Positions 34,713 to 44,077 are shown, counted from the first letter of the stretch. The stretch: 64,000 bases of DNA from Clostridia bacterium (GCA_017453005.1 JAFTKY010000038.1:4086-68085), one strand, 5' to 3'. Program-made: numbers and translations. The notes: generated by a model not told the origin, from the sequence alone.

Positions 34713-34772
34713 AGCTGCAACATTTGGTTGCAGCGGAGGGGATTTGCTTGCAAATAATGGCTTGCTCCTCCC
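34713..34772 (+). repeat. Family-B nested-hairpin element (copy 2)
   Basis: GTAGGGGAGGAGCTGCAACATTTGGTTGCAGCGGAGGGGATTTGCTTGCAAATAATGGCTTGCTCCTCCC. The outer stem GGGAGGAGC/GCTCCTCCC encloses GCTGCAAC/GTTGCAGC. Confidence 0.85.
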
Positions 34773-34800
34773 GCAAAATAATAAAACAAAGGTATAAAAA

Positions 34801-35427
34801 ATGAAAAGAGCATTCGTATATACGGGCGGAGAGATATTTCCCGAATACATAACCGAGCGCCCCGAGGAGGGTGATATAGTCATCGCGGCGGATTCGGGCT
34901 ATAACTCTGCTAAGGACATGGGCGTTAAGGTAGATTTGCTTGTCGGAGACTTTGACTCGCTCTCGGGGGAGCTTCCAAGCGACGTCCCCGAGATACTTCA
35001 GGTTCCCGCAAAAAAGGACTTGACCGACACACAGCTCGCCGTTGAAAAGGCGGTGGAGATGGGAGCGCAGGATATAATAATTATTGGCTCTACGTCGGGG
35101 CGTCTTGACCACACGCTCTCAACTCTGGCGATACTTGAAAGCCTCTGGGAGAGACACCTGCGCGGAACGCTCGTGAGCGGTCAGAACAGAATAAGCTTTA
35201 TTAAGAACACAAATCATATCGTTCTGCGGAGCGGATACAAGTATTTTTCGCTCATAGCCACGGACGTGGCAAAGGGCGTCAGCATAGAGGAAGCAAAATA
35301 TCCGCTCAAAAACAAGACGCTTGACCGCAAGCTTCAGTTTGCGGTGTCAAACGAGATAGAGGGCAACGCCGCACTCGTGACGGTAAAAAAAGGCGGACTT
35401 TTCATAATAGAATCCCGCGATATTTAA
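34801..35427 (+). CDS. thiN: Thiamine diphosphokinase
   Basis: Pattern ...IAADSG......G...D...GDFDS........ ....KD.TD..LA plus 208 aa and synteny (yloS position). Confidence 0.85.
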   Translation: MKRAFVYTGGEIFPEYITERPEEGDIVIAADSGYNSAKDMGVKVDLLVGDFDSLSGELPSDVPEILQVPAKKDLTDTQLAVEKAVEMGAQDIIIIGSTSGRLDHTLSTLAILESLWERHLRGTLVSGQNRISFIKNTNHIVLRSGYKYFSLIATDVAKGVSIEEAKYPLKNKTLDRKLQFAVSNEIEGNAALVTVKKGGLFIIESRDI

Positions 35428-35485
35428 CAATTACGCGTCCTTTTGCATATTATATGGGTGAAAAGCATTTATGCAGGAGGTAGCT

Positions 35486-35575
35486 ATGAAGATTGTTTTG
35501 GTCCGCGCGCCCAAGGTGGTCTCGCCGATACTTCGGCGGGTATTTAAAATAAGGAAAGAAAAACCAAAAAAGTAA
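35486..35575 (+). CDS. spoVM: SpoVM-like 29-aa sporulation peptide (below the ORF-track size cut-off)
   Basis: AGGAGG lies 5 nt upstream of the ATG. The translation MKIVLVRAPKVVSPILRRVFKIRKEKPKK resembles B. subtilis SpoVM (MKFYTIKLPKFLGGIVRAMLGSFRKD). It sits in the same position, downstream of thiN (yloS). Confidence 0.65.
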   Translation: MKIVLVRAPKVVSPILRRVFKIRKEKPKK

Positions 35576-35594
35576 GACAACGTTTGGAGAGAAA

Positions 35595-37646
35595 ATGAAG
35601 GATAACAGATTTCTTCCCGTGAGCTACGAGGAAATGAGAGAGCGTGGCTGGGATGCGCCCGATTTCGTTTACGTCAGCGGTGACGCGTACGTAGACCATC
35701 CCACTTTCGGTGCGGCAATAATTACGCGAGTGCTTGAGGCAAAGGGCTTTCGTGTAGCCATGCTCTCCCAGCCTGACTACAAGTCCTGCGAGGATTTCAA
35801 GCGGTTTGGAAGACCGAGGCTTGGATTTTTAGTCAGCGCGGGAAATATAGATTCCATGGTGGCGCACTATACCGCCGCCAAGAGAAAAAGAACTAATGAC
35901 TATTACTCCCCCGGCGGAAAGGCGGGTAACCGTCCCGACCGTGCGGTAATAGTATATTCAAACAGAATACGCGAGGCGTACGGAGACGTGCCGATAATAC
36001 TCGGCGGACTTGAAGCGTCGTTGCGCCGCTTTGCCCATTACGATTATTGGGACAACAAGGTGCGCCGCTCGGTGCTTGTCGACAGCCGTGCGGACATTCT
36101 CACCTACGGAATGGGGGAGAATATACTTATACGAATAGCCGAGCTGCTTGACAGAGGAGTGCCCGTCAAGAAGATACGGGACGTGCGCGGCACGGTCTAT
36201 CTCTGCTCGCCCGAGGATAAGGTCAACTTTCCCGTGGCGGCTACGTTCGACTATAATATATTAAAGGAAGACAAGCGCGAATATGCCCGTGCGTTTGGCG
36301 TGCAGTACAAAAATCAGGATTCCATAAACGGACAAGCTATATGCGAGACGTACGACAACAAGATGCTCGTCCAGAATCCTCCCATGCCCCCTCTTGAGCG
36401 AGAGGAGCTTGACTGGGTATACAACCTGCCGTACGCAAGGACGTATCACCCCATGTACGAAAAGGACGGCGGTGTCCCTGCGATAGAAGAGGTCAGATTT
36501 TCCATTACGCACAACCGCGGTTGCTTTGGCGCGTGCAATTTCTGCGCACTGGCGTTCCACCAGGGAAGGACCGTGCGCTCGCGCAGTATAGAGTCCTGCG
36601 TCCGTGAGGCGAAGCTTATCACCGAGATGCCCGATTTCAAGGGCTACATACACGACGTCGGCGGCCCGACGGCAAATTTCCGCTATCCGTCCTGCGACAA
36701 GCAGCTTGAAAGCGGCGTTTGCCCTTCGCGCAAGTGCCTTGCTCCCACGCCGTGTAAGAACTTAAAGGTCGACCACACGGAATATATACAACTAATAGAA
36801 GAGATTGAAAAGCTCCCGAGGGTGAAAAAGGTGTTTATCCGCTCGGGCATAAGATTTGACTACCTTATGTACGATAAGTCCGACGCGTTTTTCCGCAAGC
36901 TCGTGCGTGATAACGTATCGGGACAGCTAAAGGTCGCGCCAGAGCATTGCTCAAGCCCGGTGCTTCGCTGTATGGGCAAGCCTGACTTTAACGTGTACGA
37001 GAATTTCAGACGTAAGTATTTTCAGCTTTGCCGTGAGGCGGGTAAGGAGCAGTACCTCGTTCCTTATCTTATGTCAAGCCACCCGGGCTCGACTATGCAG
37101 GACGCGGTCAATCTCGCAGTTTGTCTCAAACGTGATAACTACGCGCCCGAGCAGGTGCAGGACTATTACCCCACGCCGGGCACGGCGTCGACCGTCATGT
37201 ACTATACGGGGATAAACCCGCTTGACATGAAAAAGGTGTACGTTGCAACGGACTATCACGAAAAGCAGCTCCAGCGCGCGCTTCTTCAGTTCAACCGTCC
37301 GCAGAACGCTCCCATGGTGCGCGAGGCACTTGTGGCGGCGGGCAGGGAGGACCTTATCGGAAACGGCAAGGACTGTCTCGTCCGTCCCGAGGGGCATGGC
37401 CACCCGTCGGGCAAGACCCTTTCGCAGGGCAGCTCCAAAAAGAGAGCGGGGAAAGACAGAGTTATCAACAGCGACAACCGCCGCGGAGCGCAGAAAAGCG
37501 GCAAGGCAAATTCCAAGTCCGGCGGCAAGAACGCGTCCCGTTTGGGCGGCGGAAGGGCAAAAAATACCCCTTCCACAAATTACCAAAGGAATAATTTTGG
37601 GGCATCCGGAGCAAAAAGTCCGGCAAAAAAAGGAAAAAGGTCATAA
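35595..37646 (+). CDS. ygiQ: YgiQ-family radical SAM protein with a basic low-complexity C-terminal tail (683 aa)
   Basis: N-terminus FLP.S.EEM..RGWD..DFV.V.GDAYVDHP.FG.AII.R.LE..G..V and the radical-SAM cluster CFGACNFC are YgiQ/UPF0313 features. The last ~90 aa are rich in Lys/Arg/Gly/Ser. Confidence 0.88.
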   Translation: MKDNRFLPVSYEEMRERGWDAPDFVYVSGDAYVDHPTFGAAIITRVLEAKGFRVAMLSQPDYKSCEDFKRFGRPRLGFLVSAGNIDSMVAHYTAAKRKRTNDYYSPGGKAGNRPDRAVIVYSNRIREAYGDVPIILGGLEASLRRFAHYDYWDNKVRRSVLVDSRADILTYGMGENILIRIAELLDRGVPVKKIRDVRGTVYLCSPEDKVNFPVAATFDYNILKEDKREYARAFGVQYKNQDSINGQAICETYDNKMLVQNPPMPPLEREELDWVYNLPYARTYHPMYEKDGGVPAIEEVRFSITHNRGCFGACNFCALAFHQGRTVRSRSIESCVREAKLITEMPDFKGYIHDVGGPTANFRYPSCDKQLESGVCPSRKCLAPTPCKNLKVDHTEYIQLIEEIEKLPRVKKVFIRSGIRFDYLMYDKSDAFFRKLVRDNVSGQLKVAPEHCSSPVLRCMGKPDFNVYENFRRKYFQLCREAGKEQYLVPYLMSSHPGSTMQDAVNLAVCLKRDNYAPEQVQDYYPTPGTASTVMYYTGINPLDMKKVYVATDYHEKQLQRALLQFNRPQNAPMVREALVAAGREDLIGNGKDCLVRPEGHGHPSGKTLSQGSSKKRAGKDRVINSDNRRGAQKSGKANSKSGGKNASRLGGGRAKNTPSTNYQRNNFGASGAKSPAKKGKRS

Positions 37647-37650
37647 GTGA

Positions 37651-37685
37651 TGGCTCGCCAACGGCTGTTGGCGGGCCATTTTGTA
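37651..37685 (+). terminator. Terminator after ygiQ
   Basis: TGGCTCGCCAAC-ggct-GTTGGCGGGCCA followed by TTTTG. Confidence 0.65.
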
Positions 37686-37769
37686 GGAAAAATAAGGATT
37701 TTTTGTGCATTATTACATAAAAAGGATAAATATTTCGTTAAAATTCGTGTAAAAAAATTTTTTTAATGC

Positions 37770-37798
37770 TTGACAATTTGGAATCTTTGTGCTATACT
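37770..37798 (+). promoter_or_regulatory. Strong promoter of the giant lipoprotein gene
   Basis: TTGACA-17 nt-TATACT preceded by an A/T tract (AAAAAAATTTTTTTAAT, UP-like). About 105-nt leader, GGAGG 6 nt before the ATG at 37910. Confidence 0.65.
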
Positions 37799-37909
37799 TG
37801 TAATCAAGGTAGAATTTCTCAAAGTGGGCTAACTGTCCCTTCTGCGAGAATTCTTGAAAAAAATTACGTTTTTTGAAAGAAAAAAACAAAAAACTATTTG
37901 GAGGTATTT

Positions 37910-40900
37910 ATGAACCGTAATTTCATCAAAATTTCGGTGAGCATCGTTGCTCTTCTTCTTGCTCTTGCTTTCTGCATGACAGGTTGTAAGGTAGACGACG
38001 TTGCTGCGGACATCGGTACTGCAAAGGACGAGATCGCCGCAAACAAGGCAGATGCCGCTAAGGCTCTTGAAGAGGCTACAAAGGCTCTTGAAGAAAAGAT
38101 CGCCGCAAACGAAACAGACTGTGCAGCAGAGATCGCTGCTGTAAACGCGGCTATAGCTGAGGCTCAGAAGGCGTCCGATGCTTCTGACGCAGCTCTTGAG
38201 ACCGCTATTGCAGACGCTAAGGCTGCTCTCAACACTGCTATAAAGGCAGTACAGGCAGATCTTGAGGCTGCAAAGACAGCTCTCAGCGATAAGATCGCCG
38301 CAAACACCGCAGAGCTTAACGAAGAGATCGCTGCACTCGTAGCAGCTCTCGAGAACATTGAGCTCGCATACCAGGCTGCAGACCTTGAGCTTGCAGTTGC
38401 GGTTTCTACATACATTGACGAGTGCTACGCAACTCTCGAAGCAGCAATCGCTGTTGTAGCAGGTGACGTAGATGCTCTTACAGAGTACGTAGAGGACGCT
38501 GTTGAGGCTCTTGAGGCTGACATTGCAGCAGGCAACAAGAATCTTCTTGATTCCATCGCAGCAGTAAACAACGCTATCACTCTTGCACAGGCAAAGGCTG
38601 AGACTGCAGACGCAGCTCTCAAGGAAGCTCTTGAGCAGGCAATTGCTGACGCATCCAAGGCTATCGTTGAGGCTGTTGACGTAATTAAGGAAGATCTCCA
38701 GAGCAAGATCGATACTCTCAACGAGTCCGTTTCTACCATCGACAACACTGTAAGTGTAACCATCGCAGGTCAGATCAAGGACATCAACGATGCTATCGAT
38801 GCTATCAACGCTGATACGACACTTGCTGACGCTATCGATGCAGTAGAGGCTGACATCGAGGCTCTTTACACAACTATCGCTACATACCAGCAGACAACCG
38901 AGGAAGTTGTTAAGGCATGGCACGAGATTTACACGACCTACCAGCTTTGGGAGCAGGTTAACGTAAGCTACGGTGACATGTACGTTCTCGACGCAGAGGG
39001 CAACAAGGTTCCCGTTGACGTTGCTGCAGAGTACGCTTCTGCACAGGTTCGCCTTTACAGAGCACTCAACCTTGAAGAGGTTAACACAGTTAAGGCTGCA
39101 TTCTTCGCAGTAATCAGAAACGTTAAGTCCGATACTCTTGACATGCTCAACGCGATCTACGCTAACCTCGTAGCTGCAGAGGAAGGTCTTGCTGCAGAGG
39201 CTATTGACCTCAAGGCAGTAAGAACAAGCCTTGATGCGGCAGATCTTTCCAACTATGCAGAGGCTAAGCTTATCGTTGACGGTAAGGTTGTTGATCTCCA
39301 CGTAATGAGCAACAATCTCTGGACAGAGTATAATAAGGTCAGAGTTGCTGTTGTTGAGGATTACCTCGAGGCAGGTAACCTTGAAGCTGCAAGAGCAGGT
39401 ATCCTTGATCTCGTAGCAGACGGCGAGGACGCTTCCGAGCTTATCGCTGACTACAACGCAAAGAGAGTTGCTATCGTTGAGACGCTTATCGCTGATCTTG
39501 ATGCAGCACTCGGCGCAGCAGAGTCCCTTGAGGCACTTGAAGAGGCAGCAAAGGGCGCACAGGCAGTTGGTGATGCATACACAGCTCTTGAAAACGATAC
39601 GGATATCGCAGTAGAGATAACTGATCTTGAAAATCTCGAAGCAAAGATGGCAGTTGTAGAGGAGAACTACGTTCTTCACCGCATCAAGTTCGCTAAGGCA
39701 GGCATTGAAGCTGCAGTGGTTGTTGACGACCTTGCAGACGACAAGGCAATCCTTGACGGCATTACCGCTACTACAGCAACTATTGAGGCTAAGCTTGAAG
39801 AGGCATACGCAGCTTACTACTCCAAGTACGTACTTATCCATGCAGCAGACCTTACTGCTGACATGAACGCATATATCGACAACCTCGCAGCAATCTACGC
39901 TGATTACAACGATGCAGACAATGATGCTATCGGTGCTATCAGAGCAGACTACGTTGCATTCGTTGACAACCGTGACCTCGCAGAGGCATTCCGCGTAAAT
40001 GCTGAGAACGACGTTCTCAAGGCTCTTGCAGAGGCAGAGGTTAAGTTCGTTGCAGTTGAGAACCAGCTCCTCGCTCTCGAGGCACTCGTTCCCGCAGGTG
40101 AAGCAGTAGCAGCAATCCTTGGCAACGAAGAGTTCGACGAAATCACAGGTACAAAGTCTGAGTTCACAGTTCTTAAGGACTACAAGACACAGGCAGCAGC
40201 ATGGGTCGTTGAGCTTGACGCTCTCTATGCAGACTTCACAGATAACGAAGCTAACAAGGCAGCTTACGACGAGATCAGAACGATTGTTGACGAGGCTGGT
40301 TACAATACGATCAACACATTGTTCGAGGCAGAGATCGCTGATCTCATGGATGCTGCAGATGCAGTAACCAATGCAATCAGCACTCTCGAAGCAGCAGTTG
40401 CAGACGGCATTAAGCTTACAACTGTTGAGGACGTTGAGGCAGCACAGGCGGCAGTTAACACATGGATCGGTCTCGCAACAGATCCCGACGGTGTTGCATT
40501 CATCCTCGAGTGGAGATCCAACGGTGAGCTCACACACGAAATGCTCATCAAGACAGTAAACGCAAGAGATACTCAGTACAAGGCATACCTCAAGACAGCA
40601 CAGGATGCATGGACAGCTTGCTACACAGCAGAGTACCAGGCACTCACAGTTGACAACATTAAGTATGACGAGACAGCTCTTACCGCTGTAAGAGAGTGGT
40701 TCACAACATACGGTGTTATCACCGCTGCATACGCAGCAGAGCACGGTCTCACAGGCATCGGTACAGATGTTGAAGAGGCAAATCTCGCAGCTCTTGAGGC
40801 TCAGCTCGTAATCGAGATTGCAGAGCGCCAGGCTCTCGTAGCAGACCTCGCTTCTCAGGCAGCAGCTCTCCAGGGCAGAATCGATGCACTTGGTAACGTT

Positions 40901-42703
40901 ACAACCGACTCCAAGGATACAGTAGCAGCTCTCAGAGTAGATTATGACGCATGGGTTAAGGCTTGTGCAGATAACAATGTTGCTCAGAGCGAAGAGAACG
41001 GCACAGTTGTTGACGCAGCAGCTCTCGTAGCAGCTGAGGCTAAGCTTGATCAGATCAGAAATCTTGGTATGGATATCGCAACCGGTATCGCTGACCTCAG
41101 AGTTCCCGAGCTCGGCACAGATCCCGCAACTCCTTACTTCGCAGATGCGGCTGCTCAGGAAGCATACGCAGCAGAGGTTGAAGCAATCGTTGAAAAGCTC
41201 GCTGAGTACGAGGAGCTTAACGACGGTTACAGAGGAAACTTCTCCGAAGATCTTCTTAAGAAGGTTGCTGACTGCCAGCTCTACGCTGATAAGTACACAG
41301 CACTTGTGAAGCTTAACAACGCATACGTAGCAATAGACGCTCAGGCAACTGACGCAACAGTTAAGGCAGAGCTTGCAAACTACCTTAACAATACAAGAGC
41401 AACTGTTGACGCTATTGACAGCGCAACAGCAAATGCAGCTGCAGTTATCGGATTCTACGGTAACCAGGCAGAGGCAGATATGCTTGAAATCGCAAATAAT
41501 GCAGGGGACCCCGGTTCGGGGTCCTCTGGCGTTACTACGGAGGCTCCCACGGCAGCTCCTACAGAGGCCCCCACAGCAGCGCCCACAGAGGAACCTACGG
41601 CAGCTCCTACAGAAGCTCCCACGGCAGCTCCTACAGAGGCTCCCACAGAGGAACCCACAGAGGCTCCGTTAGCTCCTGTAGAAACAACTATTGATTTCTC
41701 TACAACAGATCAGCGTAAGTCTCTGGCGACAGAACAGCAGATATGGGTGAATGGTGATATAACCTTTACACATCTTAAGGCTGAATCAACCACTAATATC
41801 GCTGATTATAGCAATCCCATTCGTTTGTATAAGAGCTCGAGCATTACTATTTCTGCATACGGTACCATTACTAAAATAGTATTTAACGTGGCAGACTCCA
41901 ATTATAATACAATTGAAGCCTCTATAGGAACAGTTTCCGGTGCTACTGTTACAGTCGATGGATTGACAATAACTGTGGAATTTGCTGAGGGAGTCGGATC
42001 CTTTACAATCGACGCACTTACTGCACAGAACCGTTTGAATTCTATCGTAGTAACATACGTACCCGCGTGTGCGCACGCTAACAAAACCACCACTACAGTA
42101 GAGGCGGATTGCACAACCGCAGGTTCTATTACAGTAACCTGTGACGATTGCGGAAACACCGTATCCGAGACAAAGCTTGAAGCACTCGGACACACGGGTG
42201 GTGAAGCAACCTGCGAGGAAAAGGCAGTTTGCACGGTTTGTGGTGAAAGCTATGGTAGCTTGGCTGCTCACAGCTACGTTGCTGGTATTTGCTCCGTTTG
42301 CGGCAAGGAAGAATCCACTGTTACCGTTGTAAATTACGTTCTTAAGGCGACCGCATCCAACGGAACTGCATATTATTGGGACGGTACCGCATCGGGCGGA
42401 ACGGGTGCTATGACCACTGATGCCGCAAGTGCTGCTGTTCTTACTATGGAAACAGTAGACGGTGGTGTTTACGTATATTACACCGATGCTACAGGCGCAA
42501 AGCAGTATATCACTATTGGAACAGCCAATAAGGGATTTGGTGTCAGCACAACAGCAACTGTGCTCAATTATAACTCTGAAAACGGCTATGTATATGCAAA
42601 CGACCGTTACATTGCAAGCTACGGCGTTCAGGATATCCGCACATATAAGGAATCCGCCGTCACCGGCACCAATATGTACTTCGTTATGACAGTTGTTGAA
42701 TAA
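37910..42703 (+). CDS. Giant alanine-rich alpha-helical cell-surface lipoprotein with PT-linker, Cys-rich modules and C-terminal beta-rich domains (1597 aa)
   Basis: Signal peptide plus lipobox (LALAFCMTGC). About 1200 aa of A/E/D/L-rich helical sequence, then a linker (TTEAPTAAPTEAPTAAPTEEPTAAPTEAPTAAPTEAPTEEPTEAP). C...G.....C..CG modules shared with the protease at 5892-8039. Two terminator hairpins follow. The TTG at 37898 in the ORF track overlaps the RBS, so the ATG at 37910 is preferred. Confidence 0.85.
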   Translation: MNRNFIKISVSIVALLLALAFCMTGCKVDDVAADIGTAKDEIAANKADAAKALEEATKALEEKIAANETDCAAEIAAVNAAIAEAQKASDASDAALETAIADAKAALNTAIKAVQADLEAAKTALSDKIAANTAELNEEIAALVAALENIELAYQAADLELAVAVSTYIDECYATLEAAIAVVAGDVDALTEYVEDAVEALEADIAAGNKNLLDSIAAVNNAITLAQAKAETADAALKEALEQAIADASKAIVEAVDVIKEDLQSKIDTLNESVSTIDNTVSVTIAGQIKDINDAIDAINADTTLADAIDAVEADIEALYTTIATYQQTTEEVVKAWHEIYTTYQLWEQVNVSYGDMYVLDAEGNKVPVDVAAEYASAQVRLYRALNLEEVNTVKAAFFAVIRNVKSDTLDMLNAIYANLVAAEEGLAAEAIDLKAVRTSLDAADLSNYAEAKLIVDGKVVDLHVMSNNLWTEYNKVRVAVVEDYLEAGNLEAARAGILDLVADGEDASELIADYNAKRVAIVETLIADLDAALGAAESLEALEEAAKGAQAVGDAYTALENDTDIAVEITDLENLEAKMAVVEENYVLHRIKFAKAGIEAAVVVDDLADDKAILDGITATTATIEAKLEEAYAAYYSKYVLIHAADLTADMNAYIDNLAAIYADYNDADNDAIGAIRADYVAFVDNRDLAEAFRVNAENDVLKALAEAEVKFVAVENQLLALEALVPAGEAVAAILGNEEFDEITGTKSEFTVLKDYKTQAAAWVVELDALYADFTDNEANKAAYDEIRTIVDEAGYNTINTLFEAEIADLMDAADAVTNAISTLEAAVADGIKLTTVEDVEAAQAAVNTWIGLATDPDGVAFILEWRSNGELTHEMLIKTVNARDTQYKAYLKTAQDAWTACYTAEYQALTVDNIKYDETALTAVREWFTTYGVITAAYAAEHGLTGIGTDVEEANLAALEAQLVIEIAERQALVADLASQAAALQGRIDALGNVTTDSKDTVAALRVDYDAWVKACADNNVAQSEENGTVVDAAALVAAEAKLDQIRNLGMDIATGIADLRVPELGTDPATPYFADAAAQEAYAAEVEAIVEKLAEYEELNDGYRGNFSEDLLKKVADCQLYADKYTALVKLNNAYVAIDAQATDATVKAELANYLNNTRATVDAIDSATANAAAVIGFYGNQAEADMLEIANNAGDPGSGSSGVTTEAPTAAPTEAPTAAPTEEPTAAPTEAPTAAPTEAPTEEPTEAPLAPVETTIDFSTTDQRKSLATEQQIWVNGDITFTHLKAESTTNIADYSNPIRLYKSSSITISAYGTITKIVFNVADSNYNTIEASIGTVSGATVTVDGLTITVEFAEGVGSFTIDALTAQNRLNSIVVTYVPACAHANKTTTTVEADCTTAGSITVTCDDCGNTVSETKLEALGHTGGEATCEEKAVCTVCGESYGSLAAHSYVAGICSVCGKEESTVTVVNYVLKATASNGTAYYWDGTASGGTGAMTTDAASAAVLTMETVDGGVYVYYTDATGAKQYITIGTANKGFGVSTTATVLNYNSENGYVYANDRYIASYGVQDIRTYKESAVTGTNMYFVMTVVE

Positions 42704-42737
42704 TTTGATAGCTTAACTATAATAGAAATTATAAAAA

Positions 42738-42766
42738 CCGCACCCCTCGGGGTGCGGTTTTCTTTT
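42738..42766 (+). terminator. Rho-independent terminator of the giant gene
   Basis: CCGCACCC-ctcg-GGGTGCGG followed by TTTTCTTTT. Confidence 0.8.
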
Positions 42767-42778
42767 CACCAAAAGGAA

Positions 42779-42815
42779 GGGGAGCTTTTCTGAAGCTCCC
42801 CATCTTTTTTCTTTT
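42779..42815. terminator. Second, bidirectional hairpin between convergent genes
   Basis: GGGGAGCTT-ttctg-AAGCTCCCC followed by ATCTTTTTTCTTTTT. Confidence 0.7.
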
Positions 42816-42818
42816 TAA

Positions 42819-43295
42819 TTATTCCTCAACGGGTGTGATATCGTCGTCCTCAACAATGCAACCAAGTGTTGCGCCGCAAGCGGGGCACATAAGCTCTTCT
42901 GCGTTTACAGACTCATCAAAGCAGACCGTCTCGCCGCAGGAGGGGCAAACTATCTCATAGTATTCCTCGTCCTCGTAGAGATCGCAGTCCTCGCAATCCT
43001 CGCACTCGTCGCAAAGGTCACAGCACTCGCAGTCGCCGTCGCACTCGTCCCAATCGTCGTCCTCGTCATCAAGGTCGAGAAGAACCTCCTCAACGTCGCC
43101 AAGATCCTCGTCAAGCTCCTCGCAGTAATCTGCAAGCTCAGCGATATCGTACTCAACGTCGTCAATTTCCTCTGCCATTTCCGTGCAAAGCTCAATGAGA
43201 GCCTTGATGAGCTTGGACTCAACGGAATCCTTCTTGTCAAGCTCAAGACCTTCAGCGAGGCCCTTTATATAAGCGCATCTTTCAGTAAGTGTCAT
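42819..43295 (-). CDS. Hyper-acidic zinc-ribbon protein (CD1247 N-terminal-domain-like), 158 aa
   Basis: N-terminal helical domain (MTLTERCAYIKGLAEGLELD...), a D/E/C-rich centre (DECDGDCECCDLCDECEDCEDCD) and a C-terminal CPSCG...CPACG ribbon. The family name is from memory of RefSeq annotation. Confidence 0.65.
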   Translation of the reverse strand: MTLTERCAYIKGLAEGLELDKKDSVESKLIKALIELCTEMAEEIDDVEYDIAELADYCEELDEDLGDVEEVLLDLDDEDDDWDECDGDCECCDLCDECEDCEDCDLYEDEEYYEIVCPSCGETVCFDESVNAEELMCPACGATLGCIVEDDDITPVEE

Positions 43296-43321
43296 TTTCT
43301 TGTACCATCCTTATATTATTT

Positions 43322-43365
43322 TTTAAAAACGGGAAGCCCGCCTCTGTGCCGGTACGGACTTCCCG
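43322..43365 (-). terminator. Terminator about 155 nt downstream of efp, directly upstream of the acidic zinc-ribbon gene
   Basis: Minus strand CGGGAAGTCCG...CGGGCTTCCCG followed by TTTTT. Confidence 0.55.
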
Positions 43366-43519
43366 AAATTTTCTTTTAATTGTCTCTTTTTAAGACCTTT
43401 CAATATTGTCGCAGGCAAGGCGCACCGGAAAGGGCAAAGCGAAGGCTTACAATACGTAAGTCGAGCTGCACTTGAGGAGCAACGCAGCATACGGCAAAAT
43501 TCAAAGGTCGCGTTCTCTA

Positions 43520-44077
43520 TTAAGCTCTGGAGAGATACTGACCGTCACGTGTATCAATCTTGAGAACGTCACCAACGTTGATGAAGAGCGGAACCTTGAT
43601 AACCGCGCCTGTCTCAAGAGTTGCGGGCTTGAGTGTGTTTGTTGCCGTGTTGCCTGCAAAGCCGGGGTCTGTCTCTGTAACCTCAAGCTCAACGAACGTG
43701 GGAGGCTCAACTCCGAATACGTTGCCCTTGTAGGAAATGATCTTGCACATCATCTCTTCCTTTACGAACTTGAAAGCGTCGCCGAGCTTGTCTCTGTTAA
43801 GAGGAAGCATATCGAACGTCTCCATGTCCATGAAGTAGTAAAGGTCACCGTCAGTGTAGGAGTACTGCATGTCCTTTCTCTCGATATATGCGTTTTCATA
43901 CTTGTCTGTGGGGCTGAACGTCTTTTCAACTACTGCGCCCGTGATTACGTTCTTAAGCTTTGTACGAACGAAAGCTGCTCCCTTACCGGGCTTAACGTGC
44001 TGGAATTCGATAACCTGGAATACGTTACCGTCCATTTCAAATGTAATGCCATTCTTAAAATCGCCGGCTACTACCAT
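43520..44077 (-). CDS. efp: Elongation factor P
   Basis: GDFKNG..FE.DG....[23 protein letters not shown] is the canonical EF-P N-terminus. 185 aa. Confidence 0.96.
   Translation of the reverse strand: MVVAGDFKNGITFEMDGNVFQVIEFQHVKPGKGAAFVRTKLKNVITGAVVEKTFSPTDKYENAYIERKDMQYSYTDGDLYYFMDMETFDMLPLNRDKLGDAFKFVKEEMMCKIISYKGNVFGVEPPTFVELEVTETDPGFAGNTATNTLKPATLETGAVIKVPLFINVGDVLKIDTRDGQYLSRA

Noticed and set aside
37829-40744. 971-aa Cys/Val/Leu-rich ORF on the minus strand
   Set aside because: - It lies entirely inside the 1597-aa plus-strand gene and in exact codon register with it.
- It has no RBS, promoter or signal features.
- Its composition is the mirror of Ala/Glu/Asp codons (GCA read as TGC).
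- By contrast, the plus-strand ORF has a promoter, RBS, lipobox and terminators.
Treated as a shadow ORF caused by the absence of TTA/CTA/TCA sense codons.
43366-43519. About 150 nt between the efp stop and its terminator, containing a 55-codon ORF (MLRCSSSAARL...)
   Set aside because: It has no RBS and an implausible composition, and it runs through the terminator hairpin. It is probably just a 3' UTR. I could not see a convincing structure or repeat, so it is not reported as a feature.
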